64,000 nucleotides of DNA from Bacillota bacterium (GCA_040755975.1 JBFLZY010000005.1:3526-67525); one strand, 5' to 3'. Positions 8,691 to 19,000 are shown, counted from the stretch's first letter. Notes: a model not told the origin generated them from the sequence alone. Translations and numbers: made by a program.

Positions 8691-9671
8691 CTATATGGCG
8701 GTTTTTCTTTCGGCCAGGGCGCCGGCCCACTTGCCGCAGCGGTCTCCCCAACGGGCAATGACCCGTCCTTCTTCCCTGATTTCCACCACCTCGCACGTAT
8801 TCGGGCAGCCCTCGCAGGTAAAACCTCCGGAGGCAAAATCCGTTTGCGCCACGTCAAATCCCTTAAAGCCGGAAGGCAGCCCGCGGGCCGTTTTTTCTCT
8901 GGCCAGCAGGGCGGCGCCTACCGCGCCCATGACATTATAATAGGGCGGGACCTTTACTTCCAAGCCCAGGGCCTTTTCAAAAGCGTTCCTCATGCCGGCA
9001 TTGGCCGCCACTCCGCCCTGAAACACCACCGGCGGTAAAATTTCTTTGCCCTTGCCGACGTTGTTCAGGTAGTTGCGCACCAGCGCTTCGCACAGCCCCG
9101 CCAGGATGTCCGGAAGAGCGTAACCCATTTGCTGCTTATGAATCATATCGGATTCGGCAAACACAGCGCAGCGTCCGGCAATCCGTACCGGCGCCCCGGC
9201 CTGCAAAGCTATTTCGCCGAATTTTTCAATGGGGATCCCCAAGCGGGCGGCCTGCTGGTCTAAAAAGGAACCCGTGCCGGCGGCGCAGACGGTGTTCATG
9301 GCGAAATCGGTGACGAGGGAGTTGCGCAAAATGATCATCTTCGAGTCCTGGCCGCCGATTTCCAAAATTGTCTGCACGCCCGGCACCAGGGTAGAAGCGG
9401 CGACGGCGTGGACGGTAATTTCATTTTTAACGATATCGGCGCCGGTAATTACGCCGGCTAAGTGCCGGCCGCTGCCGGTCGCCCCCACCCCCCGGACGAT
9501 CACCCTGGGTGGAAGGCTTTCAGCCAGTTGTCTTAAGCCCGTTTGAATGGCGGCGATGGGGCGCCCCTGCGTGCGCAAATAGAGTGCTTCCCTGATTCTG
9601 CCCGTTTCATCCATAAAAACGAGGTTGGTGCTTACCGAACCTACATCTATACCCAGGTAACACTTAACCAA
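8691..9671 (-). CDS. BadF/BadG/BcrA/BcrD-type ATPase (2-hydroxyacyl-CoA dehydratase activase-like) with Cys-rich C-terminal extension
   Basis: YLGIDVGSVSTNLV, GVGATGSGR and EIGGQDSK acetate/sugar-kinase-fold motifs. C-terminal CEGCPNTCEV...GDRCGKW. Confidence 0.8.
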   Translation of the reverse strand: MVKCYLGIDVGSVSTNLVFMDETGRIREALYLRTQGRPIAAIQTGLRQLAESLPPRVIVRGVGATGSGRHLAGVITGADIVKNEITVHAVAASTLVPGVQTILEIGGQDSKMIILRNSLVTDFAMNTVCAAGTGSFLDQQAARLGIPIEKFGEIALQAGAPVRIAGRCAVFAESDMIHKQQMGYALPDILAGLCEALVRNYLNNVGKGKEILPPVVFQGGVAANAGMRNAFEKALGLEVKVPPYYNVMGAVGAALLAREKTARGLPSGFKGFDVAQTDFASGGFTCEGCPNTCEVVEIREEGRVIARWGDRCGKWAGALAERKTAI

Positions 9672-9697
9672 AACAGATTCTCCTTCCTCAAAAAAGA

Positions 9698-9803
9698 TTC
9701 AGGCACGAAGGAAAATCCTCTTTACCGCGGTGCCTTTGTGCCTCTTTCACTTTTCACGTACCCTCGTTGTCTTTCTATCTCTATTTCTCCTCCTTCTCTC
9801 CAG
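9698..9803. repeat. 8-nt-unit repeat element overlapping the 3' end of the gene at 9747..10859
   Basis: AGGCACGAAGG (9700-9710) faces GTGCCTTTGTGCCTCT... Eight-nt periodicity continues to about 9803. TCTTTCTATCTCTAT closely matches CCTTTCTACCTCTAT at 60943-60957. Confidence 0.55.
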
Positions 9804-10859
9804 CAAATCCACAAAAGCCTCCAGCCGCGTCTGGATGCCCGCTTCCCCCGTTTGTTCATCGAAGGTAAGGGTGAGAACCGGAATATCCAGTTCCGCGCTT
9901 ACGACGGGCAATATACTCCGGGCAACGATCTCGGGCATACAGGTAAAGGGAAGCAACTGGATGACCCCGTCATACCCGGCGCGGGCATATAAAATGGTAC
10001 TGCCCACCGTTTCCTGGCCGTGCCCCCCGACAAAATGCTTCAGGTAGGGCAGCGCCGCCCGGCAGGCGTCGCGACGGCTGCGCAGGCCCTTGATCAGCCC
10101 GAATAACATGTGATCGTTCACCCACTCGCTCAGATATATGGAGCGATCCACCTCCACCCCCAGCCTGCCCAGGCGGCGCTCAATGTCCAGATTGGCAAAG
10201 GGTTCGAGCAGGGTAAATATTTCGCCCACAATTCCTACGCGTAAAACATCCCGTTCTTCGGTCCGCACCGACCCCATAATTTCCTCCACCCGCCTTTTCG
10301 CGGCAGCCAGCTCTTCTAAATCCGAGGCGCGTTCGATCTCTTTCAGCGCTTCCCGAAAAGCCCGGTCCGTGCTGCCCGGGGTAATTTCCCGGGGCCTCAA
10401 CCGATGGGCCGTTATTTCCAGTTCGTCTACCGCCCGGATTTTCTGGTAGCCCAGTTTCACCCCCCTGTACACCTGCTTCCAGGAGTTGTTCCCGGTAATG
10501 ACCTTGATCCTGGACAAAAGCTGGCCGGCGTGGCGCTCCGGCGGTTCAAGGACGACCAGCCGGTACTGATAGCCCAAATTCTGGAGGATGGCGTGCTCCA
10601 CCTGCGCGTAATAACCAAAGCGGCAGGGCCCGCACCCGCCCGCCATGAGGATGGTGTCGGCGCCCAGGGCGCTGGCCTCGATGAAATTGCCCAGGTTAAG
10701 CTTTAAGGGCAGGCAGGCGAATTCGGGGCCGTAGCGCGCCCCGAGGGCCAGGGTGCGCTTGCTGGAGGGGGGCGGGATGACTAAATCCACATCCAGATAC
10801 TCAAGCATGGCTTTTACGCAGAGCCAGACGTAACCCATGTGCGGAAAGGTTACTTTCAC
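9747..10859 (-). CDS. activase-associated protein (DUF2229 / 2-hydroxyacyl-CoA dehydratase-like fold)
   Basis: GTG at 10859 lies 7 nt after GGAGGTG and gives VKVTFPHMG... The product resembles the C-terminal modules of the large fused CoA-enzyme-activase proteins of Firmicutes (from memory). Confidence 0.6.
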   Translation of the reverse strand: MKVTFPHMGYVWLCVKAMLEYLDVDLVIPPPSSKRTLALGARYGPEFACLPLKLNLGNFIEASALGADTILMAGGCGPCRFGYYAQVEHAILQNLGYQYRLVVLEPPERHAGQLLSRIKVITGNNSWKQVYRGVKLGYQKIRAVDELEITAHRLRPREITPGSTDRAFREALKEIERASDLEELAAAKRRVEEIMGSVRTEERDVLRVGIVGEIFTLLEPFANLDIERRLGRLGVEVDRSIYLSEWVNDHMLFGLIKGLRSRRDACRAALPYLKHFVGGHGQETVGSTILYARAGYDGVIQLLPFTCMPEIVARSILPVVSAELDIPVLTLTFDEQTGEAGIQTRLEAFVDLLERRRRNRDRKTTRVREK

Positions 10860-11009
10860 GATTGCCCACCTCCGGAACAAAGACCCATCTATTTCGCTCC
10901 CTGCTACCCTTTTCCAAGATCAGCCTGCCCGATTTCCTGCCCATCCTTAAGAAAAGGCCTTCCGGGCATTGTTAAATGAACCTGCAGGCCAGACCGTATT
11001 TGCAACAGC

Positions 11010-12044
11010 TTAATTTAAAACCATATCCAAAAACGCTTCCAGGCGGGTAAGCATACCCGCCTCCCCGGAGTGTTCGTCCAGAACCAGATTGAGGAACGGT
11101 AAGCCCCCCGAACCCAGAACACGTCCGGCAATCAATTCACCCGTCATTGAATCAGGGCCGCAGCCGAAAGAAGTAACCTGCAGCAACCCCCGCGGATGAC
11201 CCGCGCGCAAAAAATAAAAGGCGGCCCCGATCATGCGCTGGTTCAAGGTCCAAAAGAGGTGCTTGGGCAAGGCGCCGGCTTCCCTGCGGACCGTCTCTTC
11301 CGGCACCTGATCGGCAGTAATCACCCTTGCTCCAGCCTGCTGCAACTTTTTTAAAACGTTCATGCTGATGTAAGGATCATAAAGGTTGTAAGGGTGGCCG
11401 ATCACCGCCACCACTGGTTTTTTCTCGGGCGGCTTAAGAGCCTGCTCCGTTTTACCGCGGGGATCAAGCACCTGGCGGGCATTTTTGCCGCAGACCGGCT
11501 GCTGCAAAAAGAAACCGGATTCGGCCAGGAGTTGCATTGCTTCCTCAGGCATAAACCCTTGCTCTAAAAATATCCTGTACTTCTTTTGGGCGGCCAGCCC
11601 GCGCCGGTAGGCCAGATAAATGCGCGCCTCACTGGCCGCAACAACTTTTCCCGCCTCCCGGAAAGCGGAATATAGCCGGTTTTTCCGGCGGTACAGGTTT
11701 ACGTTTACGTCGATTATCCCGGGCAGATTGGGAACAGTTTGCCTCACCACGTCGGGAAGGCCTAAAAACTTGGGACAAATATACTCCCGGGAAGCCACGC
11801 TTACCAGGCGGGGAAGAAAAAGGTAATCGACATTCCCGGCCAGTTCGGCGATATGCCCCAAAGCCAGCTTTACCGGCAAACAGGCATCTTCAACGGCCAG
11901 TTCCACTCCTTTGTTCAAAACAGCTTTGGTCGAGGGTCCGGAAACCACCACCTCCGCGCCCAACGCCTGGAAAAAGGCCTGCCACAAGGGGAAATAATAG
12001 TAATAAAGGAGCGCTCTTGGTATCCCGACGCTTATCTTCATCAA
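11010..12044 (-). CDS. activase-associated protein (DUF2229-like), second paralogous module
   Basis: MKISVGIPRALLYYYYFPLW... and the C-terminal ...SGEAGMLTRLEAFLDM parallel the preceding gene (TGEAGIQTRLEAFVDL). Confidence 0.6.
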   Translation of the reverse strand: MMKISVGIPRALLYYYYFPLWQAFFQALGAEVVVSGPSTKAVLNKGVELAVEDACLPVKLALGHIAELAGNVDYLFLPRLVSVASREYICPKFLGLPDVVRQTVPNLPGIIDVNVNLYRRKNRLYSAFREAGKVVAASEARIYLAYRRGLAAQKKYRIFLEQGFMPEEAMQLLAESGFFLQQPVCGKNARQVLDPRGKTEQALKPPEKKPVVAVIGHPYNLYDPYISMNVLKKLQQAGARVITADQVPEETVRREAGALPKHLFWTLNQRMIGAAFYFLRAGHPRGLLQVTSFGCGPDSMTGELIAGRVLGSGGLPFLNLVLDEHSGEAGMLTRLEAFLDMVLN

Positions 12045-12221
12045 GCGAAAACTCCCAGCCTCAAAAAAGACCTCACCTTTGTTATTATAGACAGTTCCCG
12101 GATCTGTTAAACCAATGCATAATTTTTATGTTAACCGGGAGGAGCAGCCGGGAAAACAGAGAAGTTTAATTAACGGGATCGCGATCAAAATCACAGATTA
12201 TTAAAAGGGGGAATTTAACAA

Positions 12222-12980
12222 ATGGGGGAATTTTCCGGCAAGGTGGCGATTGTTACGGCCGCGGCAGGCGCCGGGATCGGCCAGGCCGTAGCGAGAAGCT
12301 TCGCGCGCGAAGGGGCGCACGTAATCGTCAGCGACGCGCACGCCAAAAGGCCCTTCAGCGTGGCCGAGGAAATAACCAGGGAGTACGGGGTCAGGGCGGT
12401 GGGCAGGCAATGTGACGTCCGGGACCGCGGCCAGGTAGAGGAAATGGTCCGGACGGCCATGGAGGAATGGGGCAAAATCGATATTCTGGTTAATAACGCC
12501 GGGATAGACAGGCCCGCACCGGTCTGGGAAATGGACGACGAAACGTGGGACCTGGTGATCGACGTCAATCTCAAAGGCGTTTTCAACTGTTGCCGCGCCG
12601 TACTTCCCGTAATGATGGAACAAAAGCAGGGAAAAATAGTCAACCTTTCTTCCGTTGTCGCCTGGCTGGGGGGCAAAGAGGAAGGGGCGGCCTACGTTGC
12701 CGCCAAGGCGGGAATCCTGGGTTTAACCAGAGCACTCGCCCACCAGGTTGGGGAATACAACATCAACGTTAATGCGGTGGCGCCGGGGTTAATCTATAAT
12801 CCTTTTTTAGGCAAAGTGAGACCTCCGGCCTATTTTGAAGATGTAAGAAAACAGACTGTCCTGGGCAGGATGGGCACCCCCCAGGACGTGGCCAACGCCG
12901 TTTTATTTTTATGTTCGGAAAAGGCGGCATATGTTACCGGTGCCTGCCTGTGCGTGAGCGGCGGCTGGTACATGTACTAA
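12222..12980 (+). CDS. SDR-family oxidoreductase (FabG-like 3-oxoacyl reductase)
   Basis: TAAAGAGIGQA cofactor motif, NNAG, and YVAAK (YxxxK) active site. Confidence 0.85.
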   Translation: MGEFSGKVAIVTAAAGAGIGQAVARSFAREGAHVIVSDAHAKRPFSVAEEITREYGVRAVGRQCDVRDRGQVEEMVRTAMEEWGKIDILVNNAGIDRPAPVWEMDDETWDLVIDVNLKGVFNCCRAVLPVMMEQKQGKIVNLSSVVAWLGGKEEGAAYVAAKAGILGLTRALAHQVGEYNINVNAVAPGLIYNPFLGKVRPPAYFEDVRKQTVLGRMGTPQDVANAVLFLCSEKAAYVTGACLCVSGGWYMY

Positions 12981-13055
12981 TGTTTTGGCGCCAATCCAGG
13001 CTGCCCGAAAGGTTGCCGCGTGAACCTTTAAATTTAACGAAAAAAGCCCGTTGTT

Positions 13056-13976
13056 CTAAAAACTGTGCGCCGCCCCCACCAGTTCATTAATGTCCCCGAT
13101 CCCGTTCTCCTCCAGATAACGTTCAATCCCTTTCACTATTTCGATAGTCGCCCGGGGGTTGAGAAAATTAGCCGTGCCTACCGCCACCGCCCTGGCTCCG
13201 GCCATAATGAATTCGATGGCGTCAGCGGCGCAGGCAATTCCACCCATACCGATCAGGGGTAGTTTTACCGCCCGGTAAACCTCCCAGACCGCCCGCACGG
13301 CCACCGGCCGGATGGCCGGGCCCGAAAGGCCCCCGGTAATATTCCCCAGGACCGGACGGCGCCGGTAAATATCTATCGCCATACCAGACAGAGTGTTGAT
13401 CAGGGAAAGGGCGTCCGCGCCTGCTTCGGCCACCGTTTTGGCCATCCCGGTAATACTGGTGACATTCGGGGAAAGTTTCACGATTACGGGCAGGTCAGCC
13501 GCCCTCTTCACCGCCCGCGTCACTTCTGCAGCGCCCAAAGGGTCGACCCCGAACTGCAGGCCGCCTTGTTTCACATTCGGGCAGGATATGTTGAGCTCGA
13601 GAGCAGATACACCGTTTGCCCCGGCGAGCTTTTCAGCCGCGGCAACGTACTCCTCGATGGTGTTTCCCGCAATACTGACTATTACCGGGGTTGAAAACTG
13701 CCGCAAATAAGGGAGGTGTTCGCCCAAAAAGCGCTCGACTCCAGGGTTTTGCAAACCAATGGAGTTTAAGATGCCGGCCGGGGTCTCGACAATCCGGGGA
13801 GGCGAGTTGCCCTCCCGGGGTTTTAAGGTAAGGCTTTTGACGACAACTGCCCCCAGCCTGTTCAAATCAACAAAAGGGGTGTACTCGGCGCCGAAACCGA
13901 AGGTGCCCGAGGCAGTCAGAACGGGATTTTTTAATTTCAGGCCGGCAATTTCCACGGTTAAACTTGGTTTCCTCAC
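13056..13976 (-). CDS. pyrD: dihydroorotate dehydrogenase B (NAD+), catalytic subunit
   Basis: 306 aa with [14 protein letters not shown] and GGI...A.D...F..AGA motifs. It lies directly downstream of pyrK. Confidence 0.9.
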   Translation of the reverse strand: MRKPSLTVEIAGLKLKNPVLTASGTFGFGAEYTPFVDLNRLGAVVVKSLTLKPREGNSPPRIVETPAGILNSIGLQNPGVERFLGEHLPYLRQFSTPVIVSIAGNTIEEYVAAAEKLAGANGVSALELNISCPNVKQGGLQFGVDPLGAAEVTRAVKRAADLPVIVKLSPNVTSITGMAKTVAEAGADALSLINTLSGMAIDIYRRRPVLGNITGGLSGPAIRPVAVRAVWEVYRAVKLPLIGMGGIACAADAIEFIMAGARAVAVGTANFLNPRATIEIVKGIERYLEENGIGDINELVGAAHSF

Positions 13977-13994
13977 CTGGATTAGCTCCCTGTA

Positions 13995-14033
13995 AAATAG
14001 ATTAACTGCAAAGACGCAGAGAACGCAAAGGAA
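13995..14033. repeat. solo arm of the GCAAAGAC-type element between pyrK and pyrD
   Basis: AAAATAGATTAACTGCAAAGACGCAGAGAACGCAAAGGA matches about 33/39 of 5097-5135 (AAAATAGATTAACCGCAAAGACGCAAAGAGCACAAAGAC). Confidence 0.55.
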
Positions 14034-14068
14034 CTTAACAACTTGATCGGGATAGGACCGGACATGCT

Positions 14069-14878
14069 TTACCCAAAATCTTGCCAGACCACTTCGCGGG
14101 CTTTAAAAACAGGTCCTTCCAGGCAAACGCGGCGATAAGAAACATCCTGACCCTTTTTATCCCGCATTTTGCAAACGCAGGAAAGGCAGGCGCCAACACC
14201 GCAGCCCATCCGCTCCTCCAGGGAAATTTCACCGTCCACCCCGTACTGCTCCAAAAGCGAGGCAACAACCTTTAGCATGGCCGCGGGGCCGCAGGCATAA
14301 ACGATCTCCACTTTCTTCTCCGCCAAAAGCTTCGCCAGCAGTTCCGTCACCGGCGCCCGGTGTCCGTAAGAGCCGTCATCGGTTGCCGCCAGAACGGCGG
14401 CCTTGCCGGCCAACTCCCGGACCTCACTGGCCAGAAACAATTCTCCCGCCGTGCGCGCCCCCAGCAAAACGTCCGGGGAATTGCCCGCACCGGCAAGCGT
14501 TTGCAATAGAAAATACAGGGGGGCGATCCCGATTCCCCCCGCCACCAAAGCAACGTTCTGACCGGCGGCGGGAAGGGTAAACCCCCGCCCCAGAGGCCCG
14601 ATGAGATCCAGCAAATCACCTTTCTTTTTTTGAGCCAGCAGCCGGGTGCCCCGGCCAACCACCCGGTAAAGCAGAGCAATCTCGCCGGTCCTTTGGTTGA
14701 CCGCGTGGACGCTGAAGGGACGCCGCAACAAAGGCTCCAGCCCGGGATTTATCCTGACGTGCAAAAATTGTCCGGGCCTGGCCAAGCCGGCAATTTCCGG
14801 AGAGATAAAGGATATCCGGTAGCAATCAGCAGCCAGCTTTTCCTGCCGCGAAATTTCCACCGCTGGAAAATACCTCAT
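14069..14878 (-). CDS. pyrK: dihydroorotate dehydrogenase electron-transfer subunit
   Basis: FAD/NAD-binding ferredoxin-reductase fold (RPFSV, GGIGIAP) and a C-terminal 2Fe-2S motif [11 protein letters not shown]. Confidence 0.9.
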   Translation of the reverse strand: MRYFPAVEISRQEKLAADCYRISFISPEIAGLARPGQFLHVRINPGLEPLLRRPFSVHAVNQRTGEIALLYRVVGRGTRLLAQKKKGDLLDLIGPLGRGFTLPAAGQNVALVAGGIGIAPLYFLLQTLAGAGNSPDVLLGARTAGELFLASEVRELAGKAAVLAATDDGSYGHRAPVTELLAKLLAEKKVEIVYACGPAAMLKVVASLLEQYGVDGEISLEERMGCGVGACLSCVCKMRDKKGQDVSYRRVCLEGPVFKAREVVWQDFG

Positions 14879-14914
14879 AGAATTTACCCTCTCCCGGTTA
14901 AAAGGTAACTCTCA

Positions 14915-15095
14915 AAAATTTTTCATTCTAAAAATATACCTGAATAAACTGGTTTGGTTGAGGCGCTCTTTTAAGGATGTTTTGGATACAAGCAACCCGA
15001 CCAGGGACAGTCCGGAGTGGGTAGTAATGTTTTCTTCAGATTGTTCGAGGAGAAATTTCACCGGGCACCTCCAAGGTGAGGTTGATATGTTTCAT
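14915..15095 (-). pseudogene. frameshifted N-terminal remnant of a transposase-like gene
   Basis: Minus strand reads MKHINLTLEVPGEISPRTI*. Shifted by one frame it reads KFLLEQSEENITTHSGLSLVGLLVSKTSLKERLNQTSLFRYIF... The (T/S)HxGLxLVGxLL pattern recalls N-termini of IS4/IS1380-type transposases (memory only). No catalytic part is present. Confidence 0.25.
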
Positions 15096-15426
15096 TTAAC
15101 TTTGATTATCTCCATTATACTTTAAATATCGTAGAATATCAAGCGTTTTAAAAAATATCTGTAACGGATTCAGGAAAAAGAAAATCAGAACAACTCGGCT
15201 GGCCCGCATGAATTTCACCCCGAGCAGATATGTTTTACACCCGGGAAAGAAAACCCTTCGGGAACCGTGTCGAAAAAAGTAAACCGATTCCCCTCCCAAA
15301 TAGTACCTGCCGGTTACGGAATCCAGTACTCCATAAACCAACGCATTAAACGTCTTTTCTACCGAAAAGACAAAAATAAAAAATTAAAATATCTCTGTAA
15401 ATTAACTATTCATTTTGTTAAAATTT

Positions 15427-15435
15427 TGATATAAT
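15427..15435 (+). promoter_or_regulatory. extended -10 box (TGATATAAT) upstream of the DivIVA-domain gene
   Basis: TGnTATAAT lies 42 nt upstream of the ATG at 15477 in an AT-rich stretch. No good -35 box at 17 nt. Confidence 0.3.
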
Positions 15436-15476
15436 TCGGTATAAGATGTCATTTTTTGCGTTAGGGGGAAACAATC

Positions 15477-15971
15477 ATGAAGTTTCGCAGATCGTTCTTC
15501 GGCTTTAAGCCGCGGGAGGTGATTACCGCCATTGAGCAAATGGATGCCGGTTACCAGGAGAAGATCGCTCAACTGGAAAAAGAAATCGAGCACGTCCAGG
15601 GGATTTTGACCGAGACTGAGCAGGAAGCAGGGCAACTGAGGAAGCAACTTTCAGAATACGAGGAACAGAAAGCGCTGATTTCCGAAATTTTAATCAAAGC
15701 CCACCAGGAAGCCCGGCAAATTGAAGCCGAAGCAAGGGAAAACGCCCGTGCGGCTCTAGAGCAGGTAAATGCCCAGATCCGCGTCAAGGAGCAGGAGTTG
15801 AGCGTACTCAAAGCCAGGGTTGAAAAGTTCAAGGAAGAATTTAAAGAGGTGCTCGAGCGCTACCGTTACTCGCTGGAGAATTTTCCCGGCACCGGCGAGG
15901 AAAAACAGGCAACCGTCTTTTTGCTTAAGGACTCCAGGCAGGCCGCCTCTTCCCAGACAGGAGGAAAGTAG
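15477..15971 (+). CDS. DivIVA-domain coiled-coil protein, 164 aa
   Basis: N-terminus MKFRRSFFGFKPREVITAIEQMD is DivIVA-like, followed by heptad-rich E/K/Q sequence. RBS GGGGGAAAC upstream. Confidence 0.8.
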   Translation: MKFRRSFFGFKPREVITAIEQMDAGYQEKIAQLEKEIEHVQGILTETEQEAGQLRKQLSEYEEQKALISEILIKAHQEARQIEAEARENARAALEQVNAQIRVKEQELSVLKARVEKFKEEFKEVLERYRYSLENFPGTGEEKQATVFLLKDSRQAASSQTGGK

Positions 15972-16075
15972 CCATTAGCGGTCGCGCGCGGGAACACGAG
16001 TTAAAACAGGAGCTGGCCCGCCTGCAAACAAGGCTGGCCCAAAAAAGAGACGAGGTAGAGGAGCTAAGAAAAGAT

Positions 16076-19000
16076 TTGCGGAACCGGGAAGCGGAACTGG
16101 CAGGGGCTTCCGGAGCAGTGGAGCACGCCCGCAAGCTGGCTGCAGAAGTAACGGCCGCGGCTTCCGCCAGGGCACACACTGCCGCCAGGGAGCTGAATAA
16201 AACCCTGGAAGAGCCGATGGCTTATTTGTCTCAACTAAACGGCGAGATCGACGCACTGAAAAAAGAGATGTCCTTACTGGAGCAGATTACCGGCCAGGCC
16301 GGATCTCCTAAAGAAACGGCCGCTGCAGGAGGTGTCCGCAAATCCGGGGAACCCCAGAACCCGCCTCATTCAACAGGTCCTTTAGTTTCTTGTTACCTCA
16401 TCCGGCTGGTCGCTTTTTTAAACGCAAGGCACTTCCTGGTTACCAAATCACGTAAAGGATCGGTTCACGCCCACTCCTGGCAGTTCCAGGTAGAAACCGA
16501 GGTTCCTTACGGGGAAGAATTTTTCGTCATGTTCAGGGAACTTCAGGAGAAAATCCAGCAGGCGCTGGCCCCCTTCGAAAATACCCTGTTAAACGAAAAA
16601 AGCCCCTTTGACAAAATACCGCCGGTGACGGAAAATATCGGCGCATATTTCTACCAGGTCCTGAGCAAGGAACTGGAAGGGTTGGGAGTCCGGCTGCGGA
16701 AGCTGACGGCGTGGGAGTCGCCCATAAAAGGGGTGGAAGTTTCCGGGAAGCTGCCGGGGTACATCTGCCCCGTGCTGGAGGGTGCCGGAAAGACCGGAGA
16801 CCCTCCGGAAACCGAAAAGGCGGCTGCGGAAGCCGCCGCTTCCCGGGCGGCGGCACACGAAGGTCAAGACTTGAAACTCTCTGCCGCCGGAACGGCGGCG
16901 GAGAAAGAACTCACTTCCCCGGAAGCGCGCTCATACCCGCCGGTGCAGTACGTCGCGGCGGCCTGTTTAATTCTCGGGGCGGCCCTGCTTGCCTACCACC
17001 GGATCCTTTTTGCCCCGCCCCAAGCGCTATGCCCTTGGGGATCGGACACCTGGGGACACCTCTACAAAGCGGAGTTCCTGGCCGGCGAGATAGGGAAGGG
17101 AAACCTTTACCCGTCGTTGTCGGCCCAATGGTACAACGGCTGCCAGCCCTTCCGTTACTGGGCGCCGTTATCCTATTATCTTGTTGCAGCCGTAAAAAGT
17201 TGGGCGGCAAACGTTTTTCTGGCCGGAAACATTTACTTTTTCCTTTGCGCCTTCCTGGGAGGGCTGGGGTGGCTCCTTCTGGCCGGAAAACTCGGCCTCT
17301 GGCCGGCGGCCCTGGCCGGGGCAGCCTGGATCTTTTGGCCGGATAACCTCCGTGTAGCCTTTTCCGAGGGCAACCTGCCGCGGGTTGCCGCCACGGCGCT
17401 TTTGCCGTTTCTCTTCGCCTTCTTTCTTCGAACCCTGGAAGAAAGGGGCCGCCTGCGGGAACCGGCGTTTTTTGTTGCGCTTACCCACGGCGTGATCCTT
17501 TGCCACGCCATGATAGGGGCCGTCTACATAACCTCCCTTTCGGCCTTTTCTCTTCTGCTCTTTCTCTTCGGCGGCTGCTCCCTGGCAGGGGTTCTGAGGG
17601 GGGCGGCGGCCCTGGCGGCGGGAGTGGCAACCTCGGCCTGGTGGCTTCTGCCGTCCCTAAAGGGCGGCCTGGCGGAAATGGGCCGGGAAGCAGCCTCCGG
17701 GGGTATCCAGTTTATTCCGGCCGCCATCTCTTTTAACCCGCTGGCCCGGTTCGCCGACGCGGAAGTCTTTTACTGGAGCTTTGCAACGGTAATCATCGCT
17801 CTGGCAATCCTCTGGAAATGGCGGACGAGGCCGCCGTGGGTCAAGGGGGTTTTCACGCTGGGAATTTTACTGGTGCTCATTACTATCCCCGCCTTCGAAC
17901 CGCTCTACAGGCTGCTCCCCCTTCACCACCTTCTCTGGCCGCAACGCTTTTCAAGCGTTGCCGGGCTGGCCTTCCTGGCGGGCGGGTTTGCGGTGGCGGC
18001 CAGGGGCAGGGAAAAGGGGCGCCTATTCAAGCGGCTGGCCGGAGGAATCCTCCTGCTCGCCATCTCCGGGGTTATCCTGCTGGACGGTTCCCTTTCCGCC
18101 CGCCTGCTGGCAGTCGCCCGCCCCGAGCCCCGCCTCATAGTCCAGGCGGCAGACAGGCTAAAGGAGGTGCCCGGCTGGAAGGTCGCCACTTTGGATTTGA
18201 GTCAGCTCGGTTCTTCCCCGGCCTACTATTTTTCTGCCCGCTCCGGGCGGGAGCAGGTATTCGGCTGGGCCTGGCAGGGGGCCGTCACGGCCCAAAACAT
18301 CATGCTTTTAAACACCTCTTTCGAATTCGGCCACTACCCTTTTTTGTTCCGGTCGCTCCTATTCCTGGGCGCCACCGACCTCGTGGCGAAAGAAGACCTG
18401 GTTAAAGATCCCGGTTCTTTTGAAAAGCTGGCCGGGGCCGCGGGTTACCAAAAACTTTCCTCGGCCGGCGGGATCGGCCTGTGGCACGGGAGGGCAAACG
18501 GCCCCTACCTGATAATCAAAAAAGACCGCGGCCTTGCGGTGGGGAAGCACGCCAGCATATACGCCCTCCAGTTCCCGGCCCTGGAGATCGGCCGCAGCGT
18601 TTATATAGACGACTACACCCCCGAGGAGCTGGCGCGCCACCCCGTGCTCATCCTCTCCGGCGCCTCCTGCCATTCCCGGGAAAGGGCCGAAAGGCTGGTC
18701 GTGGACTACGCGAAAGGAGGAGGCAGGGTCGTCGTCGACCTCACCGGCTTTCCGCCGGACGTCTGGAGCCGGCAGCCGAAGTTCCTGGGCGTTTACGGCG
18801 AGGAAATAACCCTCGCCGGGGAGATCAAAACCCGCAGCGACGGCCGCTCCCCGCAGTTCGCCCCCTTCGCCGGGGAGTTTCAGGCGTGGAAGTGCTACGC
18901 ACCCCACGGCCTGGACGAGGTGGACCTCGCGGCCGATTACTTCAACAAAGAAGTTGCCCTGTGGGGGTATAAAAACGTCGGGGGTTCCAAGATCGGCTTT

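Noticed and set aside
12201-12676. 140- and 153-aa minus-strand ORFs opposite the SDR gene
   Set aside because: They are antisense shadows of a well-supported SDR coding frame.
13008-13029. Hairpin AAAGGTT-N8-AACCTTT between the SDR gene and pyrD as a terminator
   Set aside because: It is an AT-rich 7-bp stem without a convincing T-tract on either strand, too weak to call.
15096-15341. 81-aa minus-strand ORF in the AT-rich region upstream of the DivIVA gene
   Set aside because: No RBS, odd composition and no motifs. The region looks like promoter or leftover IS DNA.
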